In this document: one piece after another, positions 36,100 through 46,138 of the stretch
Numbering within the stretch: the first letter of the stretch is position 1
How the letters are laid out: each line of letters opens with the position of its first letter
NCBI GenBank assembly: GCA_002104905.1
Contig: MCFE01000166.1
Location: 62,001-126,000 of the forward strand
Reading direction: 5' to 3'
DNA: 64,000 nt
DNA from: Basidiobolus meristosporus CBS 931.73
Lineage: Eukaryota; Fungi; Basidiobolomycota
Made by a program: the position numbers and the translations under genes
The notes under the pieces: generated by a model
What the model saw: only the letters and a program-made list of their open reading frames with translations
What the model was told of the DNA's origin: nothing
Database searches by the model: none

Positions 36100-37642
36100 T
36101 TGTCCTCTATGTTCCTACTTATCATATTCATGATGGACCTGAATGTGATATTCTTGGTGAGATTTGGATATGGGGGTACTTCCAACTTAATTTATCTTTC
36201 TATCTCCCAACACATCCACTCCATAGGAAACTCTTAAAAGTTGAGGCAAGGTCCAATGCTTTTCACACACCGAGCTAGATGAAACAGAGAATGGATGCAG
36301 TAGTGGCAGAGATCTGCCCATTCAGCTTTGTATCTTGTAGTATAGCCACTCATACCCTGTCACAAACTCTTTAGAAAAGCCAGCTATCTTGCAAATGGCT
36401 GGCATATCTCCTATTATATGATAATGTGCACTTTGATATTCCCTACTGCAAATACCAGGAGAAAAATGGTTGGAAAACAGCTTGCTCTGATATTCAGTGC
36501 AATAAGCATGGCTACATTCAAAAAGACCATGTTGACAATGTGCCTGTTGAGGGTAATAATGAAGACTCCTCAGGCTCTTAGTCAAGTATGCAATTAAGAA
36601 TTAGAGCTGCAAGCTGGCCATAGTGCTTTGGCAAATAAGAATGTAGTAAATGCAGTATCTCCAGTAGAAGACCAGCATACAACCATCATAGCATCACCAA
36701 CACCAGTATTTGCAAGCATATTTTCAGCTCAAATCAATTGATCAATGAGGCAATCAGGTAGAATGGCTAAAAGTATGGATGCAATAGCCCAGAGAAATCA
36801 GAAAATAGTCAAGAGACAGGATGAGCAGATAATAAGTGTAGAGCAATCCATGTTCTAAGCAGAGAATGCAGTATATAGGCTGAAAAGAAGGAACTCAAGT
36901 AGCTCAATGTCTCAGCCAAGATTTGAGACATTTCCCAATGTAACAGCATAGGAACATTGTGCATTCTTTGGAGTACAATAACATTGCCTGGAGATAAAGC
37001 CCACAGAAAAACCTATCACTGCATGGGAGGGAGACTGTGGAGTCAATACCTGAACCTAAAGATCAAAAGACATTGCAGAAGTGTGAATCCATTGAGTCCA
37101 TTGATGCAGAGGGGTTGAATATTAAGGAGGCCCTTGGAAGTCTAGCTCAGCATCACCTTAAGGCTGGCATGCTATGGGATCATCAGCAAATGCAGGCCAA
37201 GCTGAATGCAATTGACTTAGTCCATAAGAGTATGCTGGATTCAGTCAAGCTAACAGGTCTTGGGCCAGCGGTGTTATGCTAAGAAAGTATCTCAAGAATA
37301 ACAGAAGCTATCAAAGTCAAAAGAACAATGGTGCCATGGGAAAAAACCAGCAACTTCTGCAAGAGCCCATCAAAAGCACAGCCAAAAGCTTTAAACCGGC
37401 AGTAGAGTAGCATCAAGCAACAAGAAGAGTGCTGGTATGGGACTAGCTGGCAGAAATGGATGCAGCAGTGCAGAGTTTAGGAAGGAATAAGCATAGTTCC
37501 ACTGAAGAGTCACTCAGTCAAAGTATCAGTGAAGGACCTTGCAGTGACAAGAACCAGTAGCTTCCTCAGGAGCCTGTCATAACCAAGGCTAAAAGCTCAC
37601 AATGAGTGGCAAGGAAACAACTGGTTGACAAAAGAGTGACAG
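36100..37642. mobile_element. CACTA-like element Z3 remnant (mostly accessory gene)
   Basis: Colinear with 25400-26650 (ITAWEG, HHLKAGMLWDHQQMQAKLN); cut by the family X LTR. Confidence 0.72.
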
Positions 37643-40101
37643 TGTGGTGATATAAAAGCCCAAGGGAAATACATGTCCAACATTTCTCAAGTGTTTTTGG
37701 TGGGGTGCTCACTGGGTGCAAAACCTCTGGCAAAAGCTTGCCAGGAGTACTTGGGCTTTGTCCCTACTCTAATGTGAAGGGATATAAAGCCACAATCTTG
37801 TCAAGGGAGAACTATTAAGCTACAATCCTATACTTAGTTGGCATCTTGACAAAGTATATGCTGGGTTCAGTGTTCTTTGGGATAACAATGTACCAATGCT
37901 TCCAAAGTCCATGCAACTGTCAACTCCACCTGCAAGGACTTGATGATAATACAGCTGTAGTCAATACTTACACAGACAGAAAAGTATCTTGGCCTGTACA
38001 AGAACAAACTTGGGAAAGAATCAAATATAACCAAAGACACCTACTCTGAGTACTCCTTACAAGTAGTGCCTCAAATTTCAGTTGGCTATCAGTGTGGTTA
38101 CCTGGGAGTGTCCTGTGATCTAGGATTGGAAGCTCAGGTAGAAGCAGGTGGCAGTGATCACACTAATCAACAAGTAGGTATATTGATAAAAGGGATGATG
38201 ATTTATTGTTGAGGGATTGACTCCCTTATATACTTTTCTCACTGGCTAAGTGATTACTAATCATGGTGTTGCAGAAGCTTCCAGAGATCAATGAAAACTG
38301 TAACAACATCAGAATCACTCAAGAATGTTTGTAGCATATGCCAGAAGGTTCTAAGAGGCACAGCACATCCAACCAATCAATGAAAATGGTAGTGATGGTG
38401 ACACTGTTTGCTCATATGCCACAGGTTGTGCAGCAGGTACTTGCCCAAAATAGAAGCACTTATATCCAGTAATCTTACATATGGTGCGGGATAAATTATG
38501 CAACAAATAGGCAGGTATCGTAGTTAGCCAGCTTTTGGGATAGTACGGATCAGATTAGACAAATGGGACAAAGCTAAAATAAGAGTAGTAGAGAAATAGG
38601 GAGGTAGAAACTATGGGAATGGGCACATCTGTCAGTGGGTGTTGCTGCAACCTCATTACATCCACCCCACTCTCAGCATTGGGCTTAGGTCAATGCAAAA
38701 TAATCTAGATGTGCAAAATTCCTATGCTTGAATAACATAAGCTGGTTACCTGTATCTGGTGCTCTTAGTTAGGTGTTGTCAAGTTCAGATATGTAGTAAC
38801 TTCCATTTCCAATCACTTTGGAGATCAGGTAGGGGCCAGTCCATTTGTTGCCAGACTTTCAGCTTCATTGTTTGTCCAAGGTGGAATCATAGAGTAATAC
38901 TGGGCCTCATAGTGAACATGGCTTTGGCCTTGTTGAGTGTAACTTGTCAAAGGGTGCCATGTTCTTCAGTTACATCTCTGTAAGTTGCTCCACAGCTCTG
39001 TTGATATTTAAATCATGGTGATCAAGTTGCTGCTTGAGAGTTCTCAGGAGGTCTTCAGTGTGCATATTAAATTTTCATTCTGATGCATTCCACATGGTTG
39101 TGTCTAACTCAACTGTTAGAATGCAGTCTTGTCCATAGAGTAGCTTCAGTGGTAATAGTCCAGTTTTTCTCTCAGTATTAATACTATCTGCCTAAAGTGC
39201 AAGATGCAACTGCTGTGGCCATTTTCAAGTGTTTTAGCACTTGGATGGGGTACTAACTAAAGGTCCATGTGCTCTTTCCACCATTCTATTGGCTTGAGGG
39301 TGGTAGACTGTAGTAAAATCAATCTGTATCTTATACCTTGAGCACAACTCTTGGATCATCTTGGATGCCATCTCTCCTCTGTCATCAATAAATTGCTGGG
39401 TGCAGCCAAATTTGCAGATAATGTCCTCAAGTATAAATATCCATATAGTACGACTCTTGTTATTGGGCAACACTGGGGCTTCTGCCCACTCATTAAGTTC
39501 ACATGTAGCAAAAATTAGGTACTTCTTTGATCCAGCTGTTGGGATATGAATGAGATTGATGCCAACCTTTTGCCATAGGCAGACTGTGTCAGGAGGATGC
39601 AATGGCACTTCTTAATGCTTAGACAATCACTTCTGACAGGCTAAGCATGACTCAACAAAGTGTTGAATACCATAGGACATGTTTTTCTGGTAGTACCTCT
39701 GGGCTGTGGTATTGTAGGTAGCTTCTTGACCTCTATGTCCTCCTGGCAGTCCTTGGTGGATACTTGTCATGATGCTTACCTGTACTTGTGGAGTAGTAAC
39801 AACTCCTCTTGGTATAAGTCCTAGCTTCAGTTTCTCAAAGAGGAATTTACCCTTGAGATAGTAGTGGTGTGCCTTCTTTCTGAGTTTTCTATATTCATGA
39901 GGTTCCATTCAGCTAGGCTTCTTAAGTGTCACCAGATGCTCTATGATCAGATTCCTGGTAGTTCTCTTTTGGTCTTTTATGGCAATCTGCCAGATCTCTG
40001 CATCAATCATGTTGTCAAAGTTGGTCTAAGTCAGCTAATTAATATGGTCCCTTCCTGGATAGTGCATTAGCCACAACATTTGTCTAGCCATGAAAATGAC
40101 T
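37643..40101 (-). mobile_element. Gypsy family X 3' part: degenerate integrase, PPT and 1018-bp 3' LTR (37643-38660)
   Basis: NVVANALSR, HQGLPGGH...CLACQ, YHPQANRMVER; PPT GAGAGTGGGGTGGA at 38661-38674; LTR TGTAATG...CACCACA with TATATAA and AATAAA. Confidence 0.85.
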
Positions 40102-40622
40102 AGACTTGTTCCAATGGATAGTGCCACATTGAGCCATGAGTGCCAAATGATGCCATAATATGCCAGGGAGGCCAAGTGGACTTATACTTGGCCACAGAGT
40201 GTGAAATACAGTTATTCATCCTTGCACAAAGCAGCCCCTGTGTTCCACCTATTGTGCAAGCAAAAATTTATTTTTTGACCTTTTTTTTGGGATGGATATT
40301 GTGCATGATCTGTAAGTGGACAGAAGGACTGAAGACATGCATCTGGTACTGAATACCCATGGCACTCTGAACCTAGCTCTTATGGCTTGTAATATGACAC
40401 AAAAATGCATGACACCATCTTGGTCTACTGGTCCTATCTAGCACTACAACTGGTTTGTATAGGCTTTACCTTAAGGCTAATATCTAAATACAGTGCCTGA
40501 TAGAGCCAGTGGACCAAGATAGTGCCATGCATTTTTGTGACATGTTACAATGAATACCTCTGATACACCACACTGCTCTACTTGTTGTATAAGCTTGTAA
40601 TACTACCTAAATAGTCATCCAG
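40102..40622. mobile_element. PHIS-related left end with unrelated interior (non-autonomous derivative)
   Basis: ACT then AGACTTGTTCCAATGGATAGTGCCACAT, matching the left TIR of A and B; no partner right end seen. Confidence 0.7.
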
Positions 40623-40772
40623 TGTGATGGTGTATAAGTCCAAAGGGCAAAATGCGGCCAACACTTCTCAAGTGTGAATGTGTGTGGGGTGTTCACTGGG
40701 TGCAATAACCTCTGGCAAAAGCTTGCTAGGAATTCTGGGTCTTTTGTCTAATCTAATGTGAAGGGGGATAAA
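40623..40772 (-). repeat. 3'-terminal 150 bp of a family X LTR
   Basis: Colinear with 37643-37790. Confidence 0.8.
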
Positions 40773-40955
40773 AGACTTGTTCCGTTGGATAGTGCCACAT
40801 AGTGCCAGCCTGTTTATAGTGCCGGATCAATCTAGCACTCTAGGGCACTATCTGGCACTATAATTTCTACCATGATGCCAGTGGTATGATACAGTTACTG
40901 GTAATTTTACTCAATCTTACTTATGTTGCTCAGAATAGTGCTTTCCTTGCTTTAT

Positions 40956-41840
40956 TTACTCTTCATAATGCTCCAGACACATTTCTCTCAGTGGATGTCT
41001 TCTTGTATGAACATACTGTGCATTAATAAGTATCTTAACTATTTTACCTATTCTGCTGTTTTCACCTATATATGACTTTCCTCTGTATTTACCTGCCAAT
41101 ATGCTGAATCTCTTCAGATATCCAAATGTGTGCTCTACCCTTACTCTGAAATGATTAAATATCTCATTGTAGAGCTTCTGCTTCCTGCTAAGCACACCAT
41201 TCCTTGGCTTCCTATAAGCTGTAATACATCCTAATCTCTGACAATCCTCTCCTATATAGGCTAAGTATGCCATACATTTCTCCCCTCTACTGAATTCAGG
41301 ATGATTCTCTACCCAGAGTGCTTTGTCATGCCTACTTCCAGTAAATGGCCCACTAAACCAGATGATGTTACCCTCAATGTCAGACAGTGCTTGAAACTTC
41401 ACACAGTGTGCGTTGTACTTGCCAGAATAAAAGTGCCTCTGCCCTCTAGAAGGTCTGTTAATCCTCACTGGGAAGGTATCCAAAATACTCCTGATATGGA
41501 ACCTGTTGCTGAACACTCTGGGATATGGAAGTCTATTGGAGCTTCTGAACCTAGTATTCCAAGCTTGCTCTAAGTCATTCATACCCTCTGCAAGGTGGTT
41601 CTCCATTGCTGTCAGCTGGGAATGAAAGCTTCTAGGACTTTTGTTGCCATGGATGGTGGGATGAAACCTTGTAGGGCAATAGTTCTTGTAATAGCAGAGA
41701 AGCTTAACAAGGGATCTCCTTGAGTAGATTGGGGTTGATGGACCACAGTACTTGGAATAGATCTCCTCCAGTGTGTCAAAAGGAAATCCAGTGGTAGTGA
41801 TGGGATTGATGAGAAAAGACCATTCAGATGAGTAAGTCAT
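40956..41840 (-). CDS. DDE_Tnp_4 transposase of copy B, open but with a conserved Asp changed to Tyr
   Basis: Same motifs as copy A; MAYLAYIG replaces the consensus ADLAYIG; ATG at 41840 by alignment to copy A. Confidence 0.88.
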   Translation of the reverse strand: MTYSSEWSFLINPITTTGFPFDTLEEIYSKYCGPSTPIYSRRSLVKLLCYYKNYCPTRFHPTIHGNKSPRSFHSQLTAMENHLAEGMNDLEQAWNTRFRSSNRLPYPRVFSNRFHIRSILDTFPVRINRPSRGQRHFYSGKYNAHCVKFQALSDIEGNIIWFSGPFTGSRHDKALWVENHPEFSRGEKCMAYLAYIGEDCQRLGCITAYRKPRNGVLSRKQKLYNEIFNHFRVRVEHTFGYLKRFSILAGKYRGKSYIGENSRIGKIVKILINAQYVHTRRHPLREMCLEHYEE

Positions 41841-42199
41841 ATTAAAATTGATGGATGATTGTATGGAGGCGGTTTGAATCAATTCGGCGCGATCGGTCTT
41901 ATTTATCTGATTTTTAACACATTATGGTTAAATCTCCATCAATTGCCATGTATCCCATCATTATGTCGCAAAAATCATCCGCAAACAATGCCTTGGTACT
42001 TTTATTGATGCTTTAATCATAAGTCTATAATCAAATAGGAAATCTGCGATTGATGTGATCTGATCCGTGTCAACGCAATCCGAGATGCATCATGCATAAT
42101 ATATGGAAAATTCAACAATCACATTAGTTTTCATATATATTTCATATAAGACCAGGTTGATGCCAATATACTGCTGTATAAGTATCCAAATCCGTTGCT

Positions 42200-43462
42200 A
42201 TGGTCCCCATACCAAGCCTCAACTCATCTTTAGTACAACCCAGACAAAATCCATCCCCCAGCTCACAAGCGCGGTCCGGACCGGAAAAGTCGATGTCGGA
42301 TCCGTTCAAGTTCTTGCCAAATGATTTTAGTATGGCCCAAGTGTCTATGATGAGCCTTCATACAGATATTTGGGCACTACTGATTAATCTAGCAGAACTA
42401 GATACCTCAGAGAGTCAACAAAGATGGAAGAATTTGAGTAGAAAGCTGTGGCATGAGTTCTACATCAGGATGCCAGCCAATGTATGTAAAAAGATATATA
42501 ACAAGACAAGTATTGAAATCAAGAATGAGCTGAGAGTGAGGGGATTTGATGAAGAAGCCGCGCGGGAACAATTTCGCGCGCAATTTGCACAGTACGGGCT
42601 GGACGCGTCCATTTGTGCCTCAACTTTGGGAACCAAAGAGATTTTGAATGAGTTTTTGCCTCAAATGACTGATGTACTACGTGATATATTAGTAGAGCTA
42701 AGTGGCGTCCAAGAGCAATATACACAGGACTCATCCAGGCAACAGCTCCAAAGTATCAGACAGAGGGTAAGTGAATACCTTGAGGAATCAGATGGTGAGC
42801 TTCAGGAGGAAGAATACAGACCGCAAGCAACATCGTCCAGATCGCGCCAGCACGCCTCGCTGGATTCCCTACCATCTCTTGCAACCACAGCGCGCCGGCG
42901 CACGTCAGTCCAGACCACGCCAACACCCTTTACCAGAACGCCCCGCGTTGAGTCAACGCGCATTGAGTCAACGCCCGTCGGGTCAACGCGCGCGCTTCAG
43001 AGCAAAACTACGAGAACTTGCCAAACTGCTCATTTAGACACAAGTCCATTGGAGCGGACCGAGTCGCGTCAACATGCGGCATCACATCGAACTCAGCCAA
43101 GGGCCATCTCAACGCGTCAAGGCGCGCCTGCGCGTGCCGTTTTGCCTGACCATCAGCAAGTTACTTCTGGTGAACTGACTGATGATGACCAACATGAAGT
43201 GCCTCAACCACCGGAGCCCTTGGCAAGTAAAAGAACGCATCAGCACATGGCACTACAGGCCGGTTCAGTTGGTTCAGTTGGAGCAATTCAGCGCGGCCAA
43301 GCTGCAGCATCGCACTCATCAACTAGGAGGCAAAATACAGACTACAAATACACAAGTAGCCAAGATGATAGTCAGCCAGGAAGTAGTATAGGTGTGCAAA
43401 GTGAGTCACTACCAAATGCTTCAGTAGTAATCCCTGTGAGAAAAAAACCCAGGAGAAGATGA
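42200..43462 (+). CDS. PHIS accessory protein of copy B, 420 aa
   Basis: Open ORF colinear with 33262-34494, with an extra 10 aa from a 15-bp GTCAACGC-containing tandem repeat. Confidence 0.8.
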   Translation: MVPIPSLNSSLVQPRQNPSPSSQARSGPEKSMSDPFKFLPNDFSMAQVSMMSLHTDIWALLINLAELDTSESQQRWKNLSRKLWHEFYIRMPANVCKKIYNKTSIEIKNELRVRGFDEEAAREQFRAQFAQYGLDASICASTLGTKEILNEFLPQMTDVLRDILVELSGVQEQYTQDSSRQQLQSIRQRVSEYLEESDGELQEEEYRPQATSSRSRQHASLDSLPSLATTARRRTSVQTTPTPFTRTPRVESTRIESTPVGSTRALQSKTTRTCQTAHLDTSPLERTESRQHAASHRTQPRAISTRQGAPARAVLPDHQQVTSGELTDDDQHEVPQPPEPLASKRTHQHMALQAGSVGSVGAIQRGQAAASHSSTRRQNTDYKYTSSQDDSQPGSSIGVQSESLPNASVVIPVRKKPRRR

Positions 43463-44205
43463 TGCAATTGCTTTGAATTGCTCACATTTGTAATGATCCC
43501 AACATCCCTTTTTTTTTGCGATCCAAATCGAGCCATTGCAAATCAGTGATCATCAAATTTTTGATATAAGTAATATCAAGGTCGTCTCACATTTGAGACA
43601 GAACCCCTATAAATAAACACCCTGCATATATATACCTCATCTGTAATACCAGTGCAGCTATTGGATCTGTTTTGCACCTACACAATTGCTTGCGTGCTAG
43701 CTATGACACCTTGCCCAATCACTAGGATCAGGGATTTACTTGCTCAATGGGCAAAATGGGATATTTGATGGCAAATCAGGTAGCTTTTTCAGTAGTCAAT
43801 GAGCCAATTGGGGGCTGCCAGCTTCAGGATACTTTTGGACCAATTAACCACTGAGATACCGTCCAATTGGAGTGAGGGTAACCAAAATGGTAAGTATCAG
43901 TGTAGTTTATAGTGTGATACACATTTATTTCCATTTACATTAAAGAAACATATCCAAATACCGGATTTTATCTGCCATTATAGCGGTATCCAATTGCGCA
44001 CGTGATGCAAACATTCCAAGTTGGCGCGATCATCCGCGCCAACCTCATTGTGTCAGATTGTGCCATAGTGTGCGAGATTGTCCCGCATAGTGCGAAATTG
44101 TCGAAGAACAATCCTGCCTTCTGGTAGCTAGAATATTGCGCCCAATTGTTCTTTGCAACTGCGGATCACGCCGCGCGCCCTGGCACGGTACAATGGAACA
44201 AGTCT

Positions 44206-45166
44206 AATATATTTGATTGTTTTCCCAAGTTTGTTCTTGTACAGGCAAAGATACTTTTCTGTCTTTGTAACTATTGACCACAGCTGCATTCTTATCAAGT
44301 CCCTGCTGGTGGAGTTTACAGTTGTTTTGACTTTGGAAGCTTTAGTACATTGTCATCTCAAAGGATGCTGAGCCCAGCACATACTTTTGTTAAGACGCCA
44401 ACTAAGTTGGGGATTGTAGCTCAATAGTTTTCCCTTGACAAGCTTGTGGCTTTATTCCCCTTCACATTAGATTAGAGACAGAACCCAAGTATTCCTAGCT
44501 AGCTTTTGCCAGAGGTTATTGCACCCAATGAACACCCCACACACAAAATACTTGAGAAGTGTTGGACGTATCTCTCCCTTGGACTTATACACCACCACAG
44601 CAGTGATCTCACTAATCAATAAGTTGGAATATTGGAAGAGGGATGATTTATTTTAAGGGATAGCCTCCCTTATATACTTTTTTGCTGCTCAAATTCTTGC
44701 TAGAAAATACTTTCCGGAAGTTTGCAGAAGGTAGTAGACAGCCAAACATGTTATTGAGTACTAAAAATAGCTCAAATTCTTGGTGGATTGTTCCATGAGA
44801 CATAGTAGCACCTAGCCAATCAGATAGAGGTAATATGAAACCTCTGTGTCATGTAGTTACCTCATATGGTAGTAGAATAGGAGGGTTAAGAAACCAGGAT
44901 GGTCACATGACATAAGCACTGCTGGGGGTACTTGCCTTATATGGTAAATTTCTTATCTTTGCATCTTGGCAAGGAATAGGAATAGCTTGTGCAATGGGTT
45001 AATAGTGACTAATAGTTTGCCGGGTTGCATAGTAATAATCACATTGACAGATAGAAAATATTGCAATTTGGGATGATACTAATATGGGGAGGGTAATCCT
45101 TTTTAGGGAAGTGAACATATGGGAATGAGCACATCTGCCTGTGGGTGTCACTGTGACCCCACTACA
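44206..45166. mobile_element. Two opposed family X LTR pieces: 3' part on + (44206-44599) joined to 5' part on - (44600-45166)
   Basis: 44206-44599 is the reverse complement of 37643-38030 and ends CACCACA; 44600-45166 is colinear with 38110-38660. Confidence 0.75.
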
Positions 45167-45478
45167 TTGGCTTAGTTACTTAGATAATGATCTAAAAATC
45201 TCAGGGAATACTCACCAAATTCCTTGTTGGGATTTACTTAAAATATTTCCACCAAAATATCTAGTACCCAGAACATGAAAATTCTCAAAGTTATCCAAGC
45301 AGCACCAAACTTTGCACACATGCTCTTGGGCCCTTCCTAGGCCTGTTCTATGTGCTTGTTAAGCAAAGACCATGTAAAGTACAAATGCTACTCTTACATT
45401 CAATTTATCCTTAAGTGAGAACCACTTAGTCTACTTGTTCACCCAATCACTTCCAATAACTCCAAGATTCTTACAACA
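45167..45478 (+). mobile_element. Copia LTR lacking its 5' end
   Basis: Colinear with 46180-46488, ends TCTTACAACA, not followed by a PBS. Confidence 0.8.
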
Positions 45479-46138
45479 CTTCTCACCACTGATGGTGAGT
45501 TCTGCTGCTTCAACAGCTCCTAATATAGCATCATTGTCCACAATGTGGTTGTAGACAAAGTTTCCTACTCCAGGCATAACCACAGTGGTGTCCAGGAACT
45601 TTGGGCCTTTGATGGCTATGTCATCCACAAGGACAGTGCATTTTTCATGCATAAGCTGGTAGATCATATTCACTATGCTTCTCTGAGGTGGAGCCACAGA
45701 GTTTGTAGCCCCTTGGCTGAGTCTTGTCATCAATAACAGTCCAAATAGTGTCTGGAGTGCAAACATATCTATTGATGTCTCATCTAAGGTAATCTGGTCA
45801 TATCCTGAGTGGAGATCATATATTGAGTAGATAGAGAGGCCACTAAGGCTTGCTGCAAATTCATCAATAGATGGAGGTATTGCAGCATCTTTGATAGTGA
45901 CAGCATTTGCATGTTGCAAGTCTTGTATGAACGAAAGCTTTCCATTTATCTTTTTGGTCACAACCCATCTATTAGCATGAGGTCTGTGACAAAACTATGG
46001 CACAGCAGCATCAGTCTTCTTCTAGGGTAGGTCATGCTCATTGACTTGGAGTGCTCTGGGCAGTGGATAAGGCTCAAATGACCAGGGTGTGTGAGGCACT
46101 GTATGAATCTTGGTAGGTTTTTCAATCAACATCTTTAA
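45479..46138 (-). pseudogene. Gypsy reverse transcriptase remnant of a second clade (probably family X)
   Basis: IQDLQHANAVTIKDAAIPP, YDLHSGYDQ, GATNSVA, LVDDIAIKGP. Confidence 0.82.

Larger units (their letters stand above)
40773..44205. mobile_element. Full-length PHIS two-gene DNA transposon, copy B (3433 bp)
   Basis: TIRs AGACTTGTTCC at both ends; colinear with copy A apart from a 30-bp insertion in the accessory ORF; flanks AAA and AAT do not form a TSD. Confidence 0.93.
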
